From the IMG/VR virus record IMGVR_UViG_3300014913_000006: a stretch of 64,000 nt of DNA. One strand, written 5' to 3'. The notes beneath the pieces were generated by a model. It did no database searches, was not told the origin of the DNA, and worked only from the letters and a program-made list of their open reading frames with translations. This document shows, piece after piece, positions 47,916 to 57,403 of the stretch. A program made the translations under genes and the position numbers. The stretch is from a virus. Position 1 is the first letter of the stretch. The number at the start of each line of letters is the position of its first letter.

Positions 47916-49751
47916 CTAACGAATGTACGTGCTTCTATCATCTGGATGCTTCCATCTTTGATCCTCTGTGACAAACATAGCCTGCCCCCAGAAGATTTCT
48001 CCCGCATCTGAGTTCATCTGGTAGTAGAGGTGCCCACTGTAATGCGTTGGCAGGTGTTCTGTTGACCAACCCCAGTAGTTGGTGTCACCGATCTGGTAGC
48101 AACCACTCGACGCTAACGCAAGGGCTGTGTTTACCCCGTTGGTGATGTCCCACACCTGAACCGTAACGAGTGTCGCTGCCGTATCAAACGATCCGACGAA
48201 CTGTGGATCATAATCTGGTGTCTTCTCTAGCCAATCAAACGCCTGTCCCGACGCCGCCGCTCCACCCGATGCCGCCACTGTACCTCTGGTGAATAGGTCG
48301 CACGAACCTGTTGTCGCCCCTGTCGCACCATTGGTGTACAGATCACCGGAAGCCCCGATGTCTGTTAGCCCCTTGATAAATAGGTCTCCAGAACCAAGGT
48401 GATTATCATATCCACCCACAAACATGTCACTAGATGCTTGTGTGGTTTTCAGGCCGTTGACAAACAGATCGCCGGAAGCCGACCACGGTGTCGATGACAA
48501 ACCTTCGATGAACAAATCGCCGGAAGCAGATATCTCACCAATGTTCGCAATATACAGTGGACTCGTACCAGAGAATGGGATCGGACCCTGAATGTAGAGA
48601 CCGATCTGGGCGTCAACGGGTAGTTGGATAATACGAGCAGTACCGTAGTTACTATTCGCCGTATCCCTATAAGCAACCACAGCGAATGGATATGTTAGAA
48701 GCGTAGCGTGGTGATCAGCCGAACTAGCCTCATGCCATATTTCGGCATCACTGTATGCCTGTGTATCGCCTGTAATCTTACCACGAGCAATCTTGCCATA
48801 ACTACTATCGCTTCGGTCTACATAGAGAATATCAAATTCATCCTCGTCTTTGGCCACAGAGGCCCCGAGATAGATACTATTCGTAGTAAGCAGAGCATTA
48901 TCCTCAACGGCAATGACACGCGATGCACCACTGGTCGAGATGTATGTGGCACGAAGATCATCTGCCCAGTTGTGTGCTATAGCCAGTTTCGCAACTGTAC
49001 CAGAAGACAACAAAACTGGTTCGTTTTCTCGCGGCTCCCATGCCGCAGCAGGAGCAGTGTATATATTTTTAGACGCACCACGAGTAAGAACCGTGCCGCT
49101 TCTTGTGTATATGGCACCTCTTAGATATTTGGTGGCCCAAAGTCGTTGGCGACTCCAGGTCATCAAAGCGCGGTCTTCGTCAATAATGGTGACTCTTGGA
49201 TGATCTACATAACTTTCATTTATGGCCGATTCCACCCCGAGAGATATTGTTGTGCCAGTAATACTAGCAATCTTAGACCTTAAATATTGACCATTCCAGG
49301 TATTCTCATAGTCTAGAGTCCACATCACCTTATCGTTTGTGAAAGCAGCACAAGCAACACTTTTTGTCTTATTTGCCAATCCGGCGCTGTGGTGATACGT
49401 GGCACCAGATGTCAGCACGTCGCCACTTACGGTACACACAAGACCATAGGAGTAAAAATCTGTTAGAACATATGCCACAAAAATACTGTCTTCATCAAGA
49501 ACAGCAACATCATGTGTTTGGCGAGCATAATCGTAGTGCGCCCCCGCATTCAACACGCCTGGAGTAAAAGTAAGAGTTGGCCCATATGTGATATCGGTGC
49601 CACTCCTGGTACCAACACATATCTTACCCTTATCGCTATCTGCGGCATCTCTCCAGGCGACTACGAATTTGTCGTCGGAAAGTGCGCGGACAACGGGGAC
49701 TTCCGTTGAACCACTCGCAAAAACAAATTCACTCCCAAGTGTTATAGCCAC
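47916..49751 (-). CDS. Modular virion fibre: propeller repeats, SGDLF linkers, conserved C-terminal module
   Basis: Internal repeats; C-terminal LASSGCYQIGDT..WGWST block. Confidence 0.65.
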   Translation of the reverse strand: MAITLGSEFVFASGSTEVPVVRALSDDKFVVAWRDAADSDKGKICVGTRSGTDITYGPTLTFTPGVLNAGAHYDYARQTHDVAVLDEDSIFVAYVLTDFYSYGLVCTVSGDVLTSGATYHHSAGLANKTKSVACAAFTNDKVMWTLDYENTWNGQYLRSKIASITGTTISLGVESAINESYVDHPRVTIIDEDRALMTWSRQRLWATKYLRGAIYTRSGTVLTRGASKNIYTAPAAAWEPRENEPVLLSSGTVAKLAIAHNWADDLRATYISTSGASRVIAVEDNALLTTNSIYLGASVAKDEDEFDILYVDRSDSSYGKIARGKITGDTQAYSDAEIWHEASSADHHATLLTYPFAVVAYRDTANSNYGTARIIQLPVDAQIGLYIQGPIPFSGTSPLYIANIGEISASGDLFIEGLSSTPWSASGDLFVNGLKTTQASSDMFVGGYDNHLGSGDLFIKGLTDIGASGDLYTNGATGATTGSCDLFTRGTVAASGGAAASGQAFDWLEKTPDYDPQFVGSFDTAATLVTVQVWDITNGVNTALALASSGCYQIGDTNYWGWSTEHLPTHYSGHLYYQMNSDAGEIFWGQAMFVTEDQRWKHPDDRSTYIR

Positions 49752-49754
49752 AGC

Positions 49755-52505
49755 TTACACCAAATAATCCCCTCTATCGCTAGGGTGAATCCATTTTGCA
49801 CCTTCTGGTACATCCATGATGAATTGTCCGTCAAACGTTTCGCTCGCGTCGGAAGTCATGAGATAGAAATATTGCCCTGCATGTCCATCGGGTGTTGGTA
49901 GATTGGCGGTAGACCAGCCCCATCTGCCAGTATCACCTATTTGGTAACAACCACTGCTTGCCAAAACCATCGCTGTGTTTGATCCGTCCGTCACATCCCA
50001 TACTTGAATATTCACGAAGTTGGCCGCTGTCTCGAACGTACCAATGATCTGCGGATGATGATCTGATGCCCTTAGAAGCCAATCAATTGGTCGTGCCAAA
50101 TCGCCAGACTCAGGTGGGGCGGTTGTGATACCACGGATAAAAATGTCTGCATCACCAGATGATGGTCGTGGGCTGCTCATGAACAGATCGACGTTGTCGG
50201 ACGCTGCGTAGATACCATGGGTGAACAGGTCGCCAGACGCAACAGAGTCGTTGTCAGCCAGTACGAACATGTCGCATGAATCAGATGATACCGCATGTCC
50301 CTGGATGTACAACCGTAGATTGTCGTGGCCATAGATGAACAGGTTACACTGCCCTGTTTGGTCTGTGTGCCCACGAGTAGATAGGTCGCCGGATGCCTCT
50401 GTGTTTTCATGTCCATCGATAAACAAATCACCGGAGGCAGCGAATTCTGTGACGAGTTCGACTCCACAAATGTACAACGGCAGATTCTTGCCACCGGCTA
50501 TGAAGCAATCACACGTCCCCGTGTCTTCTGCATAGCCTTGTATGAAGAGATTACACGAACCAGAATCAGTGCCACCATATTGGTCGTACTGATCCATCGT
50601 AGCACCATGATTCTTACCTAGCTCGTATAGCCTGCTGACCTGGAAGTCATCAAATGGGCCAGCCAGTTCTGTCCAACAAACCACTTCGTCCACAACAAGT
50701 GGCGGTGAAAATCCGTTCAAATCTGTCATGTAGACCGAATTGTATCGTTGACCAGACATCGCCGTAGTCATGGCAGAATCATCTAGTAGATAGGTCAGCG
50801 GTTCACCATCGATGCTTCCATAGACATGCCAGTTGCCGCCAGACATTTCAGCATACAGCACCACAAAATGCCAGTCTTCGTCGTCTGGCACTGAACCAAA
50901 CGTGGCATCATCACCTTGAACATCATCAACAGCAAGAGTCGCTTTGCCAGCAGTACCCCACAATGTGAATCCGTTGAAATCATTCGGAGATGTGCTGGTC
51001 AAACTATTGCCAATGTATAGAACGGAATCTCGGCTGCTAGAAAAGAATCCCTTGGTCCAACAGGCGACGGCTATGCTAGTAGCATTTTCAAATGAAGGAT
51101 AACTACCAGCTTGATTGTCGTAAGATATTTCAGCTTCAGTATCGACATCAATAATGGCACCATTAGCTAATATCCCACCAGAAAATGGGAAATATTGTTC
51201 GTCCCAATCAGCTTGTAATGTGTGCTCTGTCACGTCATCAAGGGGGTGATAGAAAACAACACTCTCGGGATGCTTCATTCCGAACGTATCTCGGGCTTCC
51301 AAGAAGAGGTTGCCAGAACCAGAGAATTCCGTTGGTGTTGGAGCACCTCCCTCTCCCAAATCAACAATCATCGTGTATCCACTGGCACTATCGAACACGT
51401 TGTAGGAGATAGCAATGGCATCATCTGTTAGGGCGGCACACTGGGCACTACCGAGAGTATCATTGTGTACCTCGTCGTCACAGAAAACCCCCGACTGGGT
51501 GTAGGTAATGGCCGTCCCCGAAACTTCCCCGACCATCCACGTTCCCTTGCCTGAATTGCCCTGATCGGAGAAGGTGAACACAAATTTGTTGTCGCCAATT
51601 CGCTGTTGACTAATATATGGGACACTGTTGCCAGAAGCAAAACCATATCTTTGGCCGAAGGTAATCGTTGTTCCACTAACTTCACCAACAACCATATACC
51701 CACTCGGAGTACCTTCGTTGGTGCTGTACCCGAGCACAAACTTTTCTGTATTCAACACACATGTTCGTAGGCCATATGCGTATATTGAAGCGACACCAGG
51801 ATCATGAAAGGTTGTGGCGATACCAGCGCTCGGCGCTCCAGAATCATTGTAGTCGAGGATGCGAGCTTTGGCTCGGTATATCCCCCCAGTCAAGTGGCGA
51901 TAAGTCACAACTGCATGGCCAGCGGCGGGGTTGATGACCTGACATTGATTGTACGTCATATCTGGCGTACTTTCAGAGACTACTTCGGCTCTAACGGAGA
52001 TACTTTTGTCTCCAGCGACATCAGCCGAGAAACTTCTCATCCGGTTACCAGACAAATAACGGAAGTTACATCCGACGTGACCCGAACTCAGAGCAGAAAC
52101 ACTCATCAGGTTTTGATTAGAGCTATCCGACCATTCTGTCGCTGTTCCCCATGAAATGGTTTGTCCACTGACACTACCGCATTTGTGGATACCCTCAGCG
52201 GTAGATACTTCTACACCGTCCACGTCTTTAGAATAGACATAGATGCGATCGGCGTCACCGGAAGGCCACAACTCTCCACTCGGGAGAGCATCCATATCCA
52301 GCCACCAACCAGCACCGTCGAAAACATTATAGCCAGACCCAACAGATACCTCAGTTCCGATGCGATCACAAATCACAACACGGCATCTGTCGGTACCAGT
52401 GGTGGTTCTGTATCCAATGGCATATTTGTCATCGGTCAACCGGCACATAGCGCCATTGTTGTGACGACCATCATTGAACAGGACCGGTGTTCCGCTGGTA
52501 GCCAT
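49755..52505 (-). CDS. Modular virion fibre: propeller + LamG-like + SGDLF linkers + conserved C-terminal module
   Basis: FYHPLDD...WHFVV...DEVVCW; same C-terminal block as 47916. Confidence 0.65.
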   Translation of the reverse strand: MATSGTPVLFNDGRHNNGAMCRLTDDKYAIGYRTTTGTDRCRVVICDRIGTEVSVGSGYNVFDGAGWWLDMDALPSGELWPSGDADRIYVYSKDVDGVEVSTAEGIHKCGSVSGQTISWGTATEWSDSSNQNLMSVSALSSGHVGCNFRYLSGNRMRSFSADVAGDKSISVRAEVVSESTPDMTYNQCQVINPAAGHAVVTYRHLTGGIYRAKARILDYNDSGAPSAGIATTFHDPGVASIYAYGLRTCVLNTEKFVLGYSTNEGTPSGYMVVGEVSGTTITFGQRYGFASGNSVPYISQQRIGDNKFVFTFSDQGNSGKGTWMVGEVSGTAITYTQSGVFCDDEVHNDTLGSAQCAALTDDAIAISYNVFDSASGYTMIVDLGEGGAPTPTEFSGSGNLFLEARDTFGMKHPESVVFYHPLDDVTEHTLQADWDEQYFPFSGGILANGAIIDVDTEAEISYDNQAGSYPSFENATSIAVACWTKGFFSSSRDSVLYIGNSLTSTSPNDFNGFTLWGTAGKATLAVDDVQGDDATFGSVPDDEDWHFVVLYAEMSGGNWHVYGSIDGEPLTYLLDDSAMTTAMSGQRYNSVYMTDLNGFSPPLVVDEVVCWTELAGPFDDFQVSRLYELGKNHGATMDQYDQYGGTDSGSCNLFIQGYAEDTGTCDCFIAGGKNLPLYICGVELVTEFAASGDLFIDGHENTEASGDLSTRGHTDQTGQCNLFIYGHDNLRLYIQGHAVSSDSCDMFVLADNDSVASGDLFTHGIYAASDNVDLFMSSPRPSSGDADIFIRGITTAPPESGDLARPIDWLLRASDHHPQIIGTFETAANFVNIQVWDVTDGSNTAMVLASSGCYQIGDTGRWGWSTANLPTPDGHAGQYFYLMTSDASETFDGQFIMDVPEGAKWIHPSDRGDYLV

Positions 52506-52963
52506 TAGCCCTCTATCTCCTTACGAAGAGCGTCTATGCCGACAGTATCTTTAGCCACATCCACGGTTGGATCGCCGATTAGATTCATACCCTCGTTCAG
52601 TGTTTCGGCAGAATGGTTCTTCATAGTCACACCCTGTTCAGCAAAGTGAATAAAGCACGCCATACTAATATGTCCACCACCCCACTCAATGAGACCGCAA
52701 TCGTTGGTGTCAGCAATTTCAACAGTCTCAGCACAAACACTTGGTTCATCTGGGCAAAGAATCTTATTCTTCTCGGCCAAAAGACGAGCCATTTCCGCTT
52801 TTGTTCTGTCTGTCAATTCTTTGGAAACTATCTGACTGGCTGACAAGTCATTGAATGCGTCTAGAAGTTCCCCGCATAGAGTACCTTGTAGGTACCCTTC
52901 ATACGTCCACTTTTCGGTGTAACCGAGGTCGCTAGCTTGAGTTTCGAAGTCTTGTTGTTCCAT
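52505..52963 (-). CDS. Hypothetical protein
   Basis: SD GAGG; coupled to the next gene. Confidence 0.55.
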   Translation of the reverse strand: MEQQDFETQASDLGYTEKWTYEGYLQGTLCGELLDAFNDLSASQIVSKELTDRTKAEMARLLAEKNKILCPDEPSVCAETVEIADTNDCGLIEWGGGHISMACFIHFAEQGVTMKNHSAETLNEGMNLIGDPTVDVAKDTVGIDALRKEIEG

Positions 52964-53008
52964 ATTCGCCTACCTCTCACGCGGATGGACGGGGAAAACA
53001 ACCAATGT

Positions 53009-53314
53009 CTACTCGCCATCTGGTTCGACCACCACCGCACATGGTGCATCGATGCGAAAACGATCCCCCTCAATTCCAATCGGCATCGCCGAGAGAATCC
53101 AGCCAATAGATGCAAACGGAACGGTCATTGATAGCTCTTGATCCTTACTATTTGTCCAGACAAAGATGTGATCTTGATCTCGTGTCCAGGTGCGAAAACT
53201 CTGAACCGCATCCGTCATAATCTGAGATGGAACAGGATGGTTTTCGTTCACCTTAATCTTTATATTGGTGCCAGAAGCTCCAATTTGTGCCACAGTAATG
53301 ATCGTTGCTGCCAT
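53009..53314 (-). CDS. Hypothetical protein
   Basis: SD AGGGGGT. Confidence 0.55.
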   Translation of the reverse strand: MAATIITVAQIGASGTNIKIKVNENHPVPSQIMTDAVQSFRTWTRDQDHIFVWTNSKDQELSMTVPFASIGWILSAMPIGIEGDRFRIDAPCAVVVEPDGE

Positions 53315-53329
53315 TTCTCTTACCCCCTT

Positions 53330-53878
53330 CTAAGAACGGTCTCTTCGACCTGTTTCGCCCGTGGCAAACTGATCGTAATACCACGAGATAGTGTCCAACG
53401 CATTGCCTCCCGGTGTCCTATACGGACCCAGAACAGCCTTACCAACCCCAGCACCGCCTTCGGCAGCGCCAGACGCCAACAGGGACCACTTCAGCTTCTC
53501 ATACGCTGCACACGGCCCCATCTCCAGAATGTCACGGTAGCCCCTGAAACTGACACTCGTGTCAATCGCACTGTCTCCGTCCCGCACCTTGATCCCCTGC
53601 CCCAACGCCTGCTTGAACTCACCCTGCGTCAAAATACACGCAGCCTTCAGTGGCACTAGGGCCATGAAGATGTTGTCCGAGCTTGTCACGGGGTCGGGAG
53701 CAATCGTCAGGACACTGATATCGTAGGCGTAGTCATAGCTGAACGGGAACTCGGCGTCAACCATGATCCCAGCGGTAATCAGCACCCGCTCAAGATACTC
53801 ATCGGTGTAGGTCTGTGGCAACGAGATGTCGCTCACCAGAACCCTCACCATCAAAACCAAATCAGTGTCCCAAGCCAT
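53330..53878 (-). CDS. Putative head-tail adaptor
   Basis: MVRVLVSD....TYTDE.L adaptor-like helical start; SD AGGAGG. Confidence 0.6.
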   Translation of the reverse strand: MAWDTDLVLMVRVLVSDISLPQTYTDEYLERVLITAGIMVDAEFPFSYDYAYDISVLTIAPDPVTSSDNIFMALVPLKAACILTQGEFKQALGQGIKVRDGDSAIDTSVSFRGYRDILEMGPCAAYEKLKWSLLASGAAEGGAGVGKAVLGPYRTPGGNALDTISWYYDQFATGETGRRDRS

Positions 53879-53887
53879 TTTTTCCTC

Positions 53888-54446
53888 CTAATCGGGGGAC
53901 GACCATCGTCCACGTTCCGGTACAACAATGAAGAACTCACCGTAATCATATTCACCTTCATTTGAAGTCATCCCGACTTCCACTGATATGTACGGTAGCT
54001 ATGTCAGACGAGAGATTGGATCGCCACATGGTGTAGGTCATATCGCCGGCACTATCGTAGGCGCCAAGCGTCATGTTGCCAGCATCGTCGTCTACAGTTA
54101 CAACCCTACCAAGCACCTTGCCGTTGGTGGATGCAAAAACAGTAATGAAACGGTTGTCATCACCAGATATCGGCAAATATTCCAATACCATTTGTCCATT
54201 GTGATTCAAGTCTGTATGTTCGTTTGCAACGGCAGCAACCGTTGGTCCACCAAGCGTAGCAGAACCAATACCACTACTGATAATGGCATTATCAAAACCA
54301 GCAGAACCAAGCCATGCGTCACTCTGGACACCTTCGTCATAATTGTCAAGTGGATGATAGTAAATTACGTCACCAGAACGCAAGAATCCACTAGCCGCCA
54401 TGGTCCCGGCAATGAATATATTTCCACTTCCAAAAAACGAAGCCAT
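53888..54446 (-). pseudogene. Internally deleted modular fibre gene
   Basis: N-terminus (YYHPLDN) in one frame; MTSNEGEYDYGEFFIVVPERGRWSSPD* (53971-53888) in another frame matches the paralog C-termini. Confidence 0.65.
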
Positions 54447-54458
54447 GGCTCTTTCCCC

Positions 54459-54806
54459 TTAGTTCCGTATGATGTACGAGTCTTTGTCATTCAACGACGG
54501 CATACCACCATCGCGGTTTTCATGAGAGATGAGGGCAAAGTCTCCCTCATCGGTGTTGGTCCCATCCGACATGCGCCAGTGGAATTGCTGTCGACTGGCT
54601 GTCAGCGTTGGGATACCACTCGTAGACCAACTGTACCGCCCGGTAGTGTTGATCTCAGTGCAACCACTCGCTGTAACTGCAACCCCAGAACCATCTTCCC
54701 ACAATTCGATATTGACGGTTTGACCCGTCACCAGTTCGCCCACTATGGCAGGTGGCGAATCTGGAAAGAAATCAAATTCAGCAATTGTTTGACCTATCAG
54801 AGCCAT
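54459..54806 (-). CDS. Stand-alone copy of the conserved fibre C-terminal module
   Basis: VNIELWE..TASGCTEINTTGRYSWST..IPT...FHWRMSD. Confidence 0.65.
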   Translation of the reverse strand: MALIGQTIAEFDFFPDSPPAIVGELVTGQTVNIELWEDGSGVAVTASGCTEINTTGRYSWSTSGIPTLTASRQQFHWRMSDGTNTDEGDFALISHENRDGGMPSLNDKDSYIIRN

Positions 54807-54817
54807 TTCGTTCCCCC

Positions 54818-55738
54818 TTACTTTATTCGCTTATCCCAGTTACCAGAATGCCACATTGTGGACATCGCCTGATGACCACCAATGGTTGACAACAACAACG
54901 GCCTATTTGGTATACCATATTGATCGTTATAGGCATCCAATGGCCGACCGTAACCACTACCCAAATCGTATATCTTTGTCAAGACCCCAGACGGGAAAGA
55001 TGTATCGCCCCAAAAGCCAACCTCATCAACGGCTGGACAAAATCCAGACCCCTCTACTGTTGGCCGCACGTATATCTGCGGATACAGATTCGTCGTAATT
55101 ACAGGACATCCAGTTGGGGCCATTGATCCTGAATACACGATCGGATACAATGGTAGCCACTCTCCACCATCATAATTAACTTGACACTGCCAATGGCCAG
55201 AAGCATTACCGCTTTCAACATGATGCGATACAGCAATAGAAGAAAGATGCCAATCATTCAAATCGCCCTCGCCAGACGGCAAAGGAAAGTCAGAAGCATC
55301 GCCAAACACATCAGAGCCACTACTCCAAACAGCTTCCACTTGTCCAGAAACCAATAGCCTAACTTCATCATTACCAAACAGAATACCATTCTGCTCGTCA
55401 CCAGAAGCGTCTGACAGGCCAACCCATCCACTAACCCCACCAGCATCTACACCATAGAAGCCACTGGTCCAAAATACTGTGGACAGACACAATACACTAT
55501 CTGCCCCTGGAGAAATCGCTCCGCTCGCCCGAATGTGATCGCCCAAACTGCTCCCATAAATACCACTGCCAACAACCCCATCACCAAAGGACATTCCGTA
55601 ATTGACCCAACTGTCACCAGTTGTATGTTCTTCTAGATCGTCAACCGGATGATAGAAAAGTACGAACTCTTCTCCTGGCAATCCACTTGGGACTACGTCG
55701 CGTAACCAATAACTAGGACATGTGCTGATAAAACTCAT
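54818..55738 (-). CDS. LamG-like virion protein
   Basis: FYHPVDD..DWHL..VNYDG..VDEVGFW. Confidence 0.6.
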   Translation of the reverse strand: MSFISTCPSYWLRDVVPSGLPGEEFVLFYHPVDDLEEHTTGDSWVNYGMSFGDGVVGSGIYGSSLGDHIRASGAISPGADSVLCLSTVFWTSGFYGVDAGGVSGWVGLSDASGDEQNGILFGNDEVRLLVSGQVEAVWSSGSDVFGDASDFPLPSGEGDLNDWHLSSIAVSHHVESGNASGHWQCQVNYDGGEWLPLYPIVYSGSMAPTGCPVITTNLYPQIYVRPTVEGSGFCPAVDEVGFWGDTSFPSGVLTKIYDLGSGYGRPLDAYNDQYGIPNRPLLLSTIGGHQAMSTMWHSGNWDKRIK

Positions 55739-55741
55739 AAC

Positions 55742-56893
55742 CTACCCACCTACAGGTGTCTCGTTCTCCAGGCCACGACGGTAAAGTGCCTGCGTTTCTG
55801 CATGATTGAACAAACCATTCCCAAGCGAATGTTGGTGGCCCCATTTCTGCATGACCCAATCATTTGTACGACCAGACCATAATGCAACCTGTCTGATAGA
55901 TGGTGGTGTCTTAGACTCATCCGCATTCCACAAATGAATTTGAAGATATGATCCTATAGTTTGTGGAGTAAAACGACCGCAAAATGCCTCGACTCTTCTC
56001 ATTGGACCACCATCAATGCTATAAGCAATCCAACATCTGCCAGACAATTTTTCTTCATCAATGCAAGACTGGTCAAAATAGGCATCAAGAATTACAAAAT
56101 GCCAACACTTCCCATCCTGAGCATCATTCAATACCGTGTGTATATCAGATAATCCTGTAGGACTATGAACCCATCCGAAGCCATCAGAACCGTTGACGGA
56201 ACCATGGATGCACCACTGATTCTCACCCCATGTCATACCAAGACCATCGGTAAGCCCCAGACCAGAACCACCACCCCATCCAATAGCAATCGCCGAACCA
56301 GGATTTCCAAAAAAATCCTTAATCCAAAATGCAGTAGTGTAATGCACGCGACCATAACCTGGACACCATCGGCTATTCCATCGATCAGACGAACCACCCA
56401 TCTCGTAGTATCGGCTTCCATAAGTCTGCAAACAAATCCCAGAAGCCGATCGAACATCTCCCAGTTCTTCTTCTGGAGAACCTCTATCTATAAAGTCCGC
56501 AGCGTATGCTACAAGTTCTGGCCCCGTAATGCTAAAATCTCCGTTCGAATCAGCGGGATGAGTTATCTGTCCATCATGAATCCCTTGTGCTCCACCATCA
56601 TACAACCTGTCTCTTTCGCCCGCCCCTGGCGGATCATAGTATTGCAAACCGGTCCACATTTCATGAGTACCTCGAAGTGCGTATAGTCCGATGAACCGAG
56701 GAAACGACGGAGACTGTGGAACAGAGTTTACGCCATCTAGCTGCGCACCGCCAGTAAGGGTCCACTCGGCACCATGTAATCCTTCTTCCGTAGTAACAGG
56801 GAACGGTCCTAGAGTTTCATGGTCCCAAAACAGCGGGACACCATTGAGCTTCTGGTAGAAAGCTAAAAAATGTTGTTCCCACAATTGACTCAT
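55742..56893 (-). CDS. LamG-like virion protein with inserted dockerin-like module
   Basis: HPADSNGDFSITGPEL; WHFVIL..YSIDG..QVALW. Confidence 0.6.
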   Translation of the reverse strand: MSQLWEQHFLAFYQKLNGVPLFWDHETLGPFPVTTEEGLHGAEWTLTGGAQLDGVNSVPQSPSFPRFIGLYALRGTHEMWTGLQYYDPPGAGERDRLYDGGAQGIHDGQITHPADSNGDFSITGPELVAYAADFIDRGSPEEELGDVRSASGICLQTYGSRYYEMGGSSDRWNSRWCPGYGRVHYTTAFWIKDFFGNPGSAIAIGWGGGSGLGLTDGLGMTWGENQWCIHGSVNGSDGFGWVHSPTGLSDIHTVLNDAQDGKCWHFVILDAYFDQSCIDEEKLSGRCWIAYSIDGGPMRRVEAFCGRFTPQTIGSYLQIHLWNADESKTPPSIRQVALWSGRTNDWVMQKWGHQHSLGNGLFNHAETQALYRRGLENETPVGG

Positions 56894-57279
56894 TATTCAC
56901 CCACCATTTCCATCAAGCGATCTAGGACATCCGGTACCATGAAATGTCGTCTAAACTCTTTATCACTGTAACGAATCCGACAGGCTACGCCGCGAGGCCG
57001 CAAAGGGAACTTGACGGTGTGTAATCGTTTCATGACAGTTGAAGGGTCAACCCCCAAAAGCCTCCCGATCTGAGAAGCGGAGAGACCCAGGTTGTAAAGT
57101 GATATGAAAATAGAGTCGGGGAAAATCTGGTTTGCTTCCGACCGACTCCGTATGGCAACCCCGAGCGATTTAAGCCGATTATACATGGCTGTTTCGCTGC
57201 ATCCGTCAAGGCGGGCAACATCTGCGCAACTTTTCCCCTGATTGTATAATTGTGTAACTTGTGTGTCAGGCAGAGACAT
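56893..57279 (-). CDS. Tandem HTH protein
   Basis: Two LYN.G.S...(V/I).RL...S....RL repeats. Confidence 0.7.
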   Translation of the reverse strand: MSLPDTQVTQLYNQGKSCADVARLDGCSETAMYNRLKSLGVAIRSRSEANQIFPDSIFISLYNLGLSASQIGRLLGVDPSTVMKRLHTVKFPLRPRGVACRIRYSDKEFRRHFMVPDVLDRLMEMVGE

Positions 57280-57317
57280 AGCACCCCCAGGAAAAAAGAC
57301 CTTTCATCAGCTACTAG

Positions 57318-57327
57318 ATTATACACC
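57318..57327 (-). promoter_or_regulatory. Class I promoter GGTGTATAAT
   Basis: Motif copy right after the terminator hairpin at 57335-57371. Confidence 0.65.
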
Positions 57328-57403
57328 AGAATGTAAAATAAAAGGCTGGGAACCACAATGTGCCCCAGCCTAGCTGAATATTGTTCTGTAAACGACGTGT
57401 TGG

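Noticed and set aside
48040-50050. Similar segments in two fibre genes as a DGR template/variable repeat pair
   Set aside because: Differences are mostly synonymous and not adenine-specific, and there is no reverse transcriptase in the window.
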